Of a stretch of 64,000 nt of DNA, positions 30,593 to 38,909 are shown one piece after another. The translations under genes and the position numbers were made by a program. The DNA is from a candidate division WOR-3 bacterium (GTDB taxonomy: Bacteria; Hydrothermota; Tepidihabitantia; Tepidihabitantales; Tepidihabitantaceae). How positions within the stretch are numbered: the first letter of the stretch is position 1; each line of letters begins with the position of its first letter. A model generated the notes under the pieces. That model did not search any database. It had not been told where the DNA came from and saw only the letters and a list, made by a program, of their open reading frames with translations. Location: positions 63,598 to 127,597 of the forward strand of contig CBFGIT010000006.1 of assembly GCA_965648905.1 (NCBI GenBank), given 5' to 3'.

Positions 30593-31438
30593 CTAGTCGG
30601 CGGGCTTGACGGTGTAGGGCAGAAGCCAGCCGTTGAAGTCGTAGGGTTGGTCCGGGGTCGAGAGCGTGGTCGAGGTCATCAGGTCGAAGATGGCGAACTT
30701 GAAGCCGGAAATGAGCTGAGCCCGCCAGGTTCCCTGGAAGATGCCGTTGCCCTGATAGGTGAACTCGGGTCGGACGTAGAACGGCCAGACCAGGATGAAG
30801 GTGTGCAGGAACGCACGGCCACTCGTAGCGTCGGTGTACAAGGTTACAGTCAGGCTTTCGGCCGGAGTGAACGATATGAGGCTGTCGAGTCGGAAGAAGC
30901 TGGCGAGCGGGTCCCGCAGTACGATGTTTCTCAGCGCACTCGCGATGCGAACGCTATCAATCGAAACCGTCTGAGCCGAGTCAGACCGGCCGGTGGCCAG
31001 CGAAATCCGTTTCAGCTTCCAGCCGCGGTCGGTGTCCGAGACCTGGCCGTCGCGTCGGAAGATGGCACAGAGCTTGACCGTTTCGACCACGTCTTTGACC
31101 CAGCGGACGGCGGTCGACTCTGATGTCCGCGCCCAGATGAACAGGTCGCCGTAATTGTGCTGGGACCATTCGACCCAGCCTGAGTCACCAACTACTTCGA
31201 CCTTGAGACCGGGTGCGGTGTCGTGGGTCTGAGCGCCGCGCCACCAGAACACCACGGTTGTGTCGTCGAGCAGGTTGCCGGTTGAGTCGCCGTTCGTGCC
31301 AGCCGGGAAATGAGTTGTGTCGGACCGTACCAGGGTCTCAAGCGCGGCCTTGTCCTTGGCCACGTCCTGCTTCTTACAGGCAAGACTCACTACGAGCGTT
31401 GCTGCAACGAGCAGGGTCAGGATCATGGTTCTGTTCAT
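30593..31438 (-). CDS. Hypothetical lipoprotein
   Basis: MNRTMILTLLVAATLVVSLA-CKK lipobox-like N-terminus; AAGGA upstream. Confidence 0.7.
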   Translation of the reverse strand: MNRTMILTLLVAATLVVSLACKKQDVAKDKAALETLVRSDTTHFPAGTNGDSTGNLLDDTTVVFWWRGAQTHDTAPGLKVEVVGDSGWVEWSQHNYGDLFIWARTSESTAVRWVKDVVETVKLCAIFRRDGQVSDTDRGWKLKRISLATGRSDSAQTVSIDSVRIASALRNIVLRDPLASFFRLDSLISFTPAESLTVTLYTDATSGRAFLHTFILVWPFYVRPEFTYQGNGIFQGTWRAQLISGFKFAIFDLMTSTTLSTPDQPYDFNGWLLPYTVKPAD

Positions 31439-31488
31439 CGAACGTTCCTTTCTGGTTGCATTGGAATGTTGTCTGTACGGGTTGTGCT

Positions 31489-33243
31489 TCATCGGCTCAG
31501 AACTACTTTGCCAGTTGCGCAGCCCCGGCTGGTTTCCAGCCGCACGAAGTACGTGCCCGCCTGCACCGACCGGACATCCAAGGCGAATGATGCGTCTGCC
31601 CCGAGTTCTGACCGCATGAGCACGCGACCGAGCGCATCACAGAGCAGAAGAGTGCTGCCTGGTGTTGCACTGCCCCTGAGCCATCCTCGAACCGGAGTCG
31701 GCACAAGGAGCGTCGGCGGCTGCAGTAGTGTCGGTGACCCGGTTTCCATGTTGACGGTCGTGTCGCCGATGGCGAACGGCCGCGGTGTCACGGACGAGCG
31801 TGCTCCCTGGGGGCCGGTGACGGTGTAGCGCAGGAAGCAGTCAGGCGAGGTTGTGCCGGTGGGCACAGTCCACTGATACCGGCCGTTGTTGCGCAGGCTG
31901 TCGACGACCAGTTGCCAGGGGCCGCCTGCGCCCTGGGTCGAGAGTTCCAGCCGCACGCGGGTTGACTCCGCGTCTGGCGCCGAACTCCACCAGTCGACGA
32001 ACTGAACCGAGCCATTCTTGAACTTCTCGCCGCCGCGCGGGAAGACTGGGAAGACGCCTAGGCTCTCAGCCGGGCTTGCCTCGCGGAATGCGTGTGGATA
32101 GTTCCGGTCATTGGGCCAGTTCCCCTCGCGCGTCACCAGTGCCATGTCAGGCAGGCCATTGTGGTCGATGTCGGCACCGACGCGAAAGGCCGAGTATGTA
32201 CTGGGTCGGTTGAGCGGGAACTCGGCCGCCTGAGTCCAATTGCCGCTGCCGTCACCGGTCCAGATGCGCACCAGTCCACGCCTCAGCCCGCACAGGTCCA
32301 CAAACCCGTCCGCGTTCATGTCACAGAGTTGAGTCGCATAGAAGCTGTCAACCGCTGGCAGGTTGCCCGAGCGGCTCTGCCAGCGGCGGCTGGATTCGTC
32401 CCAGACCCAGACTTCGACTCCCTTACTGTCATTGACAAAGGCAACGTCGCAACCGCCATCGTTGTCCACGTCGCCGACCGACAAACCAGTCAGGCCGTAG
32501 CTTGAGGTCGGCAGCCCAGTGTCGCATGGCACCATGCCGCCTGCGCCATCGCCGAACCATACACTGCCATACCCATGCGCGGCAATCATGTCGGCATTGC
32601 CGTCCCGATTGATGTCCCGGAGGTAAAACTCCATCTGACTGTTGCCGCCGCTGAACCCGAAGGTACGGCGCCAGGCCCCGTTGCCGAGGTTCAGGTAGAC
32701 GTGGATACCGTCGTCAGCACCGAACGAAATCGAGCCGACATCTAGGTCGCCGTCGTTGTCGATATCGGCGAAGTCAGTCGCGAACATGCCCCAATTCTGG
32801 CCTTCCTGGGCCAAGCTGTCATCCCAAGGGATCCACATCCGGCCGGTGCCGTCGCCGAGCGCCACCTCGATCAACTGGTCGCCCAGGTCGTCGTGAGAGT
32901 AGTTATGATGCATACCGTAACCTACGTCGAGGAATCCGTCGCCGTTCACGTCGCCGACCGCGACGCCGCCGTAGCCGAACTCGCCGTACTGATAGACACT
33001 CCAGTTGCCGCGGCCGTCGCCGAACCAGACGGTTACACCGTGTTGGTCGGTGTTGATGTACGGACTGCCGTGGTCGCCAATCATCAAGAGGTCCGGGTTA
33101 CCGTCGTTGTTAAGGTCAGCAAACTCAAGCTCGGTGCGGCCGCCTTCCATCTGGGGCGTACTGAGTCCGTTCGAGCACTCGACATATTGCAGTAACGGCG
33201 TCTGGCCGATGCAGATGGCCAGCAAGATGAAGAATCCGATCAT
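31489..33243 (-). CDS. Secreted FG-GAP/VCBS-repeat beta-propeller protein with T9SS/FlgD-like CTD
   Basis: Repeated DxNxDGxxD motifs (ADLNNDGNPD, GDVNGDGFLD, DIDNDGDLD); PRGGE Ig-like domain; AGTYFVRL..KVVLSR. Confidence 0.85.
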   Translation of the reverse strand: MIGFFILLAICIGQTPLLQYVECSNGLSTPQMEGGRTELEFADLNNDGNPDLLMIGDHGSPYINTDQHGVTVWFGDGRGNWSVYQYGEFGYGGVAVGDVNGDGFLDVGYGMHHNYSHDDLGDQLIEVALGDGTGRMWIPWDDSLAQEGQNWGMFATDFADIDNDGDLDVGSISFGADDGIHVYLNLGNGAWRRTFGFSGGNSQMEFYLRDINRDGNADMIAAHGYGSVWFGDGAGGMVPCDTGLPTSSYGLTGLSVGDVDNDGGCDVAFVNDSKGVEVWVWDESSRRWQSRSGNLPAVDSFYATQLCDMNADGFVDLCGLRRGLVRIWTGDGSGNWTQAAEFPLNRPSTYSAFRVGADIDHNGLPDMALVTREGNWPNDRNYPHAFREASPAESLGVFPVFPRGGEKFKNGSVQFVDWWSSAPDAESTRVRLELSTQGAGGPWQLVVDSLRNNGRYQWTVPTGTTSPDCFLRYTVTGPQGARSSVTPRPFAIGDTTVNMETGSPTLLQPPTLLVPTPVRGWLRGSATPGSTLLLCDALGRVLMRSELGADASFALDVRSVQAGTYFVRLETSRGCATGKVVLSR

Positions 33244-33252
33244 GTTGACCTC

Positions 33253-34194
33253 CTAGCCGGTTCGATCCGGCAGCTCAAAAAGTGCCCAGACCGGTGCGTG
33301 GTCTGAGCGTGGGTATCCGGCAACGCGCTCGCTGTGCCAGTAGATGTCGCCTTCGAGCAACTGGTTCTCGATGCCGACCGCGACCAGTCCGAGTGACAAC
33401 TGCGGGCTGACCAGAATCCCGTCCATCAACTGGCGCCGGCCCCGGCGTATGTAGGAGAACGCACGTTCACTTGGGACCTGCCGAGTCACCGCAAACAGCC
33501 GACGCTGCTCCATGAAATCGAGCGTTCCCAGTTCATCCTCATCGAGGGCTCGGAGTGCGGCGAGGGCCGGTGAATCGGGTCCGTCGTTGAAGTCGCCGAG
33601 CACGGCAAAGTGGTCTGCTGCTCGGGTCTCGACCGCGTCGTCGAGCAGACTTCTGAGCCCGGTCGCTTCGAGCAGTCGTTTGGTCGTTGCCAACGCCTTC
33701 CCGAGAACACGCGACTGCCTCGGGCTGAGTGTAGCGGGCACTTCATCGCTTTCGGCCCGCTGCGACTTCAGGTGCACGGCTGCGCAGAAGAGCGTCTCGT
33801 TGTTGGGCAGGGCGACCTTGAACCACGGCACCGGCCGCCGGAACCGCAGGGTCGAAGGCACGTCGGTCTGCTCGGGCAGGACCGCGGGGAACTCGAACCA
33901 CTGTCCCCGCTCTTGTACGTGCAAACGGGAGAGAAACCCGGTCTGGATGAGCCGGTATTTCTCGGGTGCGTCGGACAAGGCACGGAATGAGTAAATGCCG
34001 AGCCGGTCGGCCAGCTCAGCGAAGCTCTCCGGTTCACGTACTTCGTTGATGACAACGACGTCGGCGTCGAGCCGGGTAAGCACATCGGTCAGGTACTGAA
34101 GCTTCGACTCATACGTCGCTGGGTCAGGGTTGTCGGCCCGCCCCAGGTTGTGGACGTTGAACGTCGCCAGCTTGAACCGGACCCGACTATCCAA
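33253..34194 (-). CDS. Endonuclease/exonuclease/phosphatase (EEP) family protein
   Basis: ATFNVHNL, DVVVINEV, VHLKS, LGDFND, SDHAPV. Confidence 0.9.
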   Translation of the reverse strand: MDSRVRFKLATFNVHNLGRADNPDPATYESKLQYLTDVLTRLDADVVVINEVREPESFAELADRLGIYSFRALSDAPEKYRLIQTGFLSRLHVQERGQWFEFPAVLPEQTDVPSTLRFRRPVPWFKVALPNNETLFCAAVHLKSQRAESDEVPATLSPRQSRVLGKALATTKRLLEATGLRSLLDDAVETRAADHFAVLGDFNDGPDSPALAALRALDEDELGTLDFMEQRRLFAVTRQVPSERAFSYIRRGRRQLMDGILVSPQLSLGLVAVGIENQLLEGDIYWHSERVAGYPRSDHAPVWALFELPDRTG

Positions 34195-34615
34195 GGTCAG
34201 CGACTTTCTCGACCAGATAGGTCTTACCGACTTTGGAGTACTGGTACAGCTCGGTGTTGTGGAATCCCTGGCACAGACCTGTCATCACTGGCCCGAACCC
34301 CTTGGGGAAATGGAGGTGCAGCTTGGTGTTCAGCCGCAGGAAGCCCGCCCACTCCGGCTGCTCCTCAGGGACGACCGTGGACTCGGTCTCGACTTCGGCC
34401 ACCATCACGATGTGCGTGGTTCGTTGGTCAACAACGACGATGTCCGGATGCATCTCCTCGCGGTCGAGTGTGAACACCGCCTTGGTCTTGGTTGGGTGGT
34501 TCACGTACGTGATAAGGTTGGGATGGGCCTGACTGGGGTAGTTGTACATCTCCTTGCGTAGGACCTGGATGATGTGGTCGTGCAGGATTTGTTCGTCGAC
34601 TTCTCGTGACACCAT
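34187..34615 (-). CDS. Hypothetical protein, possible PD-(D/E)xK-like fold
   Basis: GAGGAGG SD; HPDIVVVD...VAEVET; overlaps the EEP gene start. Confidence 0.65.
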   Translation of the reverse strand: MVSREVDEQILHDHIIQVLRKEMYNYPSQAHPNLITYVNHPTKTKAVFTLDREEMHPDIVVVDQRTTHIVMVAEVETESTVVPEEQPEWAGFLRLNTKLHLHFPKGFGPVMTGLCQGFHNTELYQYSKVGKTYLVEKVADLG

Positions 34616-34805
34616 GCTGCCTCCTCACTTGCCAGACTGAGTCGTTCTCTTGCTGACCCGGCTGAGCGTCCGGCCGGCTGAATTCATACGCTATACTAAG
34701 TACCACGATTTGCCCGTCTTGTCAAGCACTGCCCCAAACCGACGGTAGTGTCCTTAGTTGTGTGTAAATTGACTGGAAAAGTGCCGGGCAGGGCGTATCC
34801 TCTCA

Positions 34806-35895
34806 GGGATGTGTTCACAGTTTCTGTTGATGAACACCTGGATTGCAGGTGACGGTTTGGTGTAGCCGCAGATAGACGGTGACGCGCAGTTGCATCGAGT
34901 CCGGGTCGTTGACCGTCCCGATCGCCTGTCGTAGCCGACGGTGCATCGACTCTACGGCGCTGGTTGTAGTCGGCAGGGCTAGATCGGGATGATGCAGGTA
35001 GGTCCGGTAGTGCTGCAAGCGTCGGACAAAGTACTGCGCCGTGTAGCGTAGTCCCAGCGTGCAGTTGGGATGACGGCCCAACCTGAGAACTTCATCACAC
35101 AACGCTGTTGCACGCTCGCTGTCAGTGGTATCGAGCGCCTCTTCAACCGCCGCCAGTATGCCTCGTCCCGGTTGTTGGATGGCTCGTTGCCGTCGCGGAT
35201 GGCCGAGCTTTCTCTCCAGACTCCGCAGCAGGTGGCGATGACAGAGCTGCAGCAGCCAGCCACGGCCTTCCACCAGCCGCTCGATGCCCGGTATACCATC
35301 GGCAACCACCGCTTTGATGCGGGCCGCAAGCGCTGGCGGAATCGTTGCGATTGCCGCCTCCCAGCCACGTACGCTCTCGTGCCCGCCCTGTAAGTAGGGA
35401 TCAAGAAACCAGGCCCGGTTCGTCGTCGCCGGCTTGAGCGTCTGATTGTACAGCACCCAGCACTGGCCGCGCAGGATCGACCATATGCCGTCTACCAGCA
35501 GCGCCAGGTCGCCATCCGGGATCGCCCGCTCGGCCGGCGCGGCCACGATTCGCTTGTAGGTCTGACGTAGTCGTCGGCGAACACCGGCCGGTGAACGCCG
35601 GAAACGCCGGGCCAGCAACTTGGTTGGTGCCCTCTCCCGCAACGCCAACTCCGCCAGCCACGTTGCCGGCCGTTCGGCGCTTGGTCCGCGCCTTCGGTGA
35701 CGGACCGACCATGTCCTGCCACAACGACTGCACCTTCTCCGGCGACCGCCGAACCGATGCACCGGAGCATGACAGCACTGAGATTTCGCATGTAACGTAG
35801 CCATACACGCGAATCGTGCATCCAGACAACACCCAACTCACGCCGCACCAAGTGGTTGCCGATCAGACTTTCAACAGAAACCCTGCACACATCCC
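34806..35895 (-). mobile_element. Insertion sequence, IS256/Mutator-like, 1090 bp, with 25-bp imperfect terminal IRs
   Basis: gggatgtgttcacagtttctgttga (34806-34830) vs tcaacagaaaccctgcacacatccc (35871-35895), 22/25 complementary. No target duplication seen. Confidence 0.82.
34815..35804 (-). CDS. Transposase (N-terminal Cys zinc ribbon + IS256-like DDE core)
   Basis: CC...CSRC; LLVDG, GHES, VVADGIPGI, QLCHRHL (CxxH), PTTTSAVESMH. Confidence 0.82.
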   Translation of the reverse strand: MATLHAKSQCCHAPVHRFGGRRRRCSRCGRTWSVRHRRRGPSAERPATWLAELALRERAPTKLLARRFRRSPAGVRRRLRQTYKRIVAAPAERAIPDGDLALLVDGIWSILRGQCWVLYNQTLKPATTNRAWFLDPYLQGGHESVRGWEAAIATIPPALAARIKAVVADGIPGIERLVEGRGWLLQLCHRHLLRSLERKLGHPRRQRAIQQPGRGILAAVEEALDTTDSERATALCDEVLRLGRHPNCTLGLRYTAQYFVRRLQHYRTYLHHPDLALPTTTSAVESMHRRLRQAIGTVNDPDSMQLRVTVYLRLHQTVTCNPGVHQQKL

Positions 35896-35899
35896 CTCT

Positions 35900-36345
35900 T
35901 GTCGCTACCCCTGCTCAACTGGAGATTGGGTCCAACCGTTTTCTATGTCGCGACTTAGCCCACTGCCACACTTGAGGTGGGTACGGTCTCCCTTGCCACT
36001 TGGGCCGCGGTTCCGGTCGTCGCTGCGAGAGCGGCTTGGCCGGTCCCGGTCGGTGTCGCTCGGGCCGACGCCGGCCCTGGCGTTCTCTCTGCCGAGACGG
36101 CTATCCCCGTGCCTGTCGCTCCGTTCCCGGCTCGGGTCTTGGCCGGCTGCGTCGCTCCGTGCTGTGCTCGGGTCTCGGCTCTGGCTGCGGTTCTGGTCGT
36201 GGTTAGCCCGGTCGCTTGCCTTGCTGCTTCAGGCGCTGCGCGGCACGATGGGTGCCGAGAGCACCGATGATTCATTAGCGGTGGCGCGGCGTCAGGCACG
36301 AGACGAGAGTGCCCTGAATGCGGTTCGGGAGCAAGTTCAAGACCG
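35900..36345. repeat. Dispersed periodic element family A, copy 2 (terminal palindrome replaced by the IS end)
   Basis: Colinear with 42372-42830; dyad caaccgttttctatgtcgcgactta at 35933-35957. Confidence 0.85.
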
Positions 36346-36350
36346 GCAGG

Positions 36351-37157
36351 TCAGCAGCGCGTGTTCGGAGGCCGAGAGCAGGAGGTGGCGAGATGGTCGA
36401 ATTCGGCCAGGAGCGCGGCATTGAGCCGGGCAACTTCGGCCCGCAGCGCGGCACGGTTCCGGAATCGGGCCACATTGGGCTGAATCGGCTCACCGACGGC
36501 GAGCTCAATACGGGTGTTGAACAGATTGCCGGCGACCGTGAGAAAGCCGGTCCAGCATTCGCGGGTCTGAGTGTTTGTATCAACTTGGTTTTCGAACCGG
36601 AGCCGGTGAATGTACACGGGCAGAATCGGTGTGCCCGTACGGGCAGCGAGGTAGGCAGCGCCGTCTTCGATAAGCTCGAGCCGACCGGTTGTGTTGAATC
36701 TGCCTTCCGGGTAGATGCCGATGCTCGCACCATGCCGCAGAGCGCGGATACAGTGTCGGATACCCGCGGCTGAGCCGAGCGGGTCGTCCGGGCTGACCGG
36801 GACCGCGTCGCAGATATGCCACATGATGAAGCGCGAGAACCGGGTCCTGAACCAGCGTGCCGAGGCGACGAAAAACAAGCGGGTGCGAAGCGCGGCCTGG
36901 AGCACGACCGAGTCCGCGCCGTTCAGATGGTTGGCGGCAACGATGAAACCGCGGCGCAAGGGCAGAGCGACGCGGCCGACAATTCTAACCCGGATGCAAC
37001 AGGCGTAGCAGGTCAAGAGCAGTTGCTTCAGCCGGGTCCAGACCGTCACGCGTAACCGGTCAAGCCGGCACGCCGGCCCGGGCAACGGCACTGCCTGGTT
37101 CTTTCCGGACGGCGCAATGCCGAAAGGGGCCTGTTCTATTCTGTCCGGCCTGCTCAT
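36351..37157 (-). CDS. Lysophospholipid acyltransferase (PlsC-like)
   Basis: AANHLNGADS (NHx4D), IYPEGR, GAAYLA, PILPVYI. ATG 37157 lies 7 nt after TTGACA-16-TACAAT; the longer 636-aa ORF call is an extension artefact. Confidence 0.8.
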   Translation of the reverse strand: MSRPDRIEQAPFGIAPSGKNQAVPLPGPACRLDRLRVTVWTRLKQLLLTCYACCIRVRIVGRVALPLRRGFIVAANHLNGADSVVLQAALRTRLFFVASARWFRTRFSRFIMWHICDAVPVSPDDPLGSAAGIRHCIRALRHGASIGIYPEGRFNTTGRLELIEDGAAYLAARTGTPILPVYIHRLRFENQVDTNTQTRECWTGFLTVAGNLFNTRIELAVGEPIQPNVARFRNRAALRAEVARLNAALLAEFDHLATSCSRPPNTRC

Positions 37158-37220
37158 GTTTTCGATTGTAGGCCAGTGAGACGAGGTGTCAATATGCTGA
37201 CGGGATGGCCAGCGCAGGCC

Positions 37221-37310
37221 ACAGGCAACGGCGTGCACCTGCTCAAGCTCGTCGCGGCCAAGGAACGGGTGACGCACAAACTGGTGGTGCGGCGGCAGGG
37301 CGGGGAGTGA
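37221..37310 (+). pseudogene. Orphan T9SS/FlgD-like CTD tail fragment
   Basis: Manual translation TGNGVHLLKLVAAKERVTHKLVVRRQGGE*, matching the GVYxxxL...KLV end of neighbouring secreted proteins, with no upstream gene body. Confidence 0.5.
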
Positions 37311-37559
37311 GGCAACGCGCGAGGTTGACCTGGCTCTGCTGAACGGTAGACTGTCTCGTGTAGAGACAGCCGTGAACGCTTCTCGATTCCGGTTGATGCT
37401 CTTGGCCTGCTTCCTGCTGGCCGGCGGGGTAGCGTCCGGTGGCTGGCTGCCGCCCGATAGCGCTGGGAGACAGGCCAGGGTGAAAATCGTCTCGTCTTCG
37501 AGCACAATCTGTTCTGACCTTCGCTGGAAAGAGCCAATAATGATTGTGGAGCAAGTCTG

Positions 37560-38879
37560 ATGCGTTGCTGGCGATTCCCGTTCGTCCTGCTGTTGGCCGG
37601 GTTGACCCCGGACGTTAGCTCGGGTCAGTACTTGGAGGCGAGTATCCCGACCGGGCTGGGGCCGGTTGGGGTAATCTGGAACCCGACCGCCAACAAAGTG
37701 TACACCGCTGACGGCACCGGGAACTCTGTGACGGTGATTGACGGTGCGACAAATCAGGTGCGCGCGACGCTCCCCGTGGGTGCGTACCCCGGAGGTATGA
37801 GCTGCAACCCGAAGACGAACAAGGTCTACTGCCTGACCGGCGAGACGGTCGGTGAGTATGCCGTGGAGGTCATCGACGGCTCGGGCGACAGCATCCTGAC
37901 CCGGCTGCCTCTTGAGAACATGCCCTGCCAGTCGGTTGTCAACGAGGGCATGAACAAAGTGTACGTGAGGTGCAGTGAGCCGACCGAGTGCATCGTAGTG
38001 CTGGACGGCGTGGCTGATACGGTAATCAAACTGGTCCGGACGCGGCACTTGGGCGACATGCTCGTGCACCCGGCCAGCAACCGGCTGTTCTTCTATACTG
38101 ACGGAGACTTTGACACGGTGAAGGTCCTGGACTGCGTCACCGATGAAGTCGTCGTGCGGCTGCCGTTCACGACTCCTAATAGGAGTTTCAGCAATTGGAG
38201 CTGGAACCCCGTGACTGGGCTCGTGTACCTGGGTGGGAGTGGAGGCAACGGCGGTACCCACGTGTTGACTGCAGCGGGCGATTCAGTCGTGGCCTACATC
38301 GCCGGGTCTACGCAGCGCTTCTGTGCCGTCCCCTTCCCCAACAAGATGTACATCAAGAAGGGCTGGGACTGGCTCTGGGTAGTAGATGGAAATACGCACG
38401 TCGTCACCGACACGGTCGCTGTCCAAGGTGGTCCCATGGTGTGCGACACGGTGCGGGGCAAAGTGTACACCTGCCAGTACAGCCCCGAGTTGGTCTCAGT
38501 GGTTGACGCGCGTGCCGACACGCTCCTCATGTCCCTGTCTCTTCCCGGTTGGGGTTCGATAAACCTGTGCTGGAACCAGACCAATTCTCGGGTGTACGTT
38601 GTCCAAGAGATGGCGAACCTGGTACAGGTGATTCGTGACACTTCGACGGCGATTGCAGAAGCGCGGCAGGTCCAGCCATCCAGGTCGCTGAAAGGCGCAA
38701 TGGTCCAGGTTGCCTTCTATTGGCCTGGGCGAGAGCCTGGGCAGGTGATTGACGCATGTGGGAACAAGGTGGGCGAGGTCTTTCCCGGAGCGAACGACCT
38801 CAGCCGTCTGCCTGCAGGCGTCTATGTCGTGGTCGGGGCCGGCTCCTGCGCGACCGCGAAGTTCGTTAAGCTGAGATAG
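37560..38879 (+). CDS. Secreted YncE/YVTN-type beta-propeller with short CTD
   Basis: Repeats NKVY...SVTVIDGATNQV; NDLSRLPAGVYVV..KFVKLR. Confidence 0.85.
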   Translation: MRCWRFPFVLLLAGLTPDVSSGQYLEASIPTGLGPVGVIWNPTANKVYTADGTGNSVTVIDGATNQVRATLPVGAYPGGMSCNPKTNKVYCLTGETVGEYAVEVIDGSGDSILTRLPLENMPCQSVVNEGMNKVYVRCSEPTECIVVLDGVADTVIKLVRTRHLGDMLVHPASNRLFFYTDGDFDTVKVLDCVTDEVVVRLPFTTPNRSFSNWSWNPVTGLVYLGGSGGNGGTHVLTAAGDSVVAYIAGSTQRFCAVPFPNKMYIKKGWDWLWVVDGNTHVVTDTVAVQGGPMVCDTVRGKVYTCQYSPELVSVVDARADTLLMSLSLPGWGSINLCWNQTNSRVYVVQEMANLVQVIRDTSTAIAEARQVQPSRSLKGAMVQVAFYWPGREPGQVIDACGNKVGEVFPGANDLSRLPAGVYVVVGAGSCATAKFVKLR

Positions 38880-38909
38880 GCGCGCAGAAGCGCGCCTGAG
38901 ACCACAGAA

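Noticed and set aside
36351..38261. 636-aa ORF
   Set aside because: Only the last 268 aa are an acyltransferase with its own promoter; the rest is antisense to the YVTN gene.
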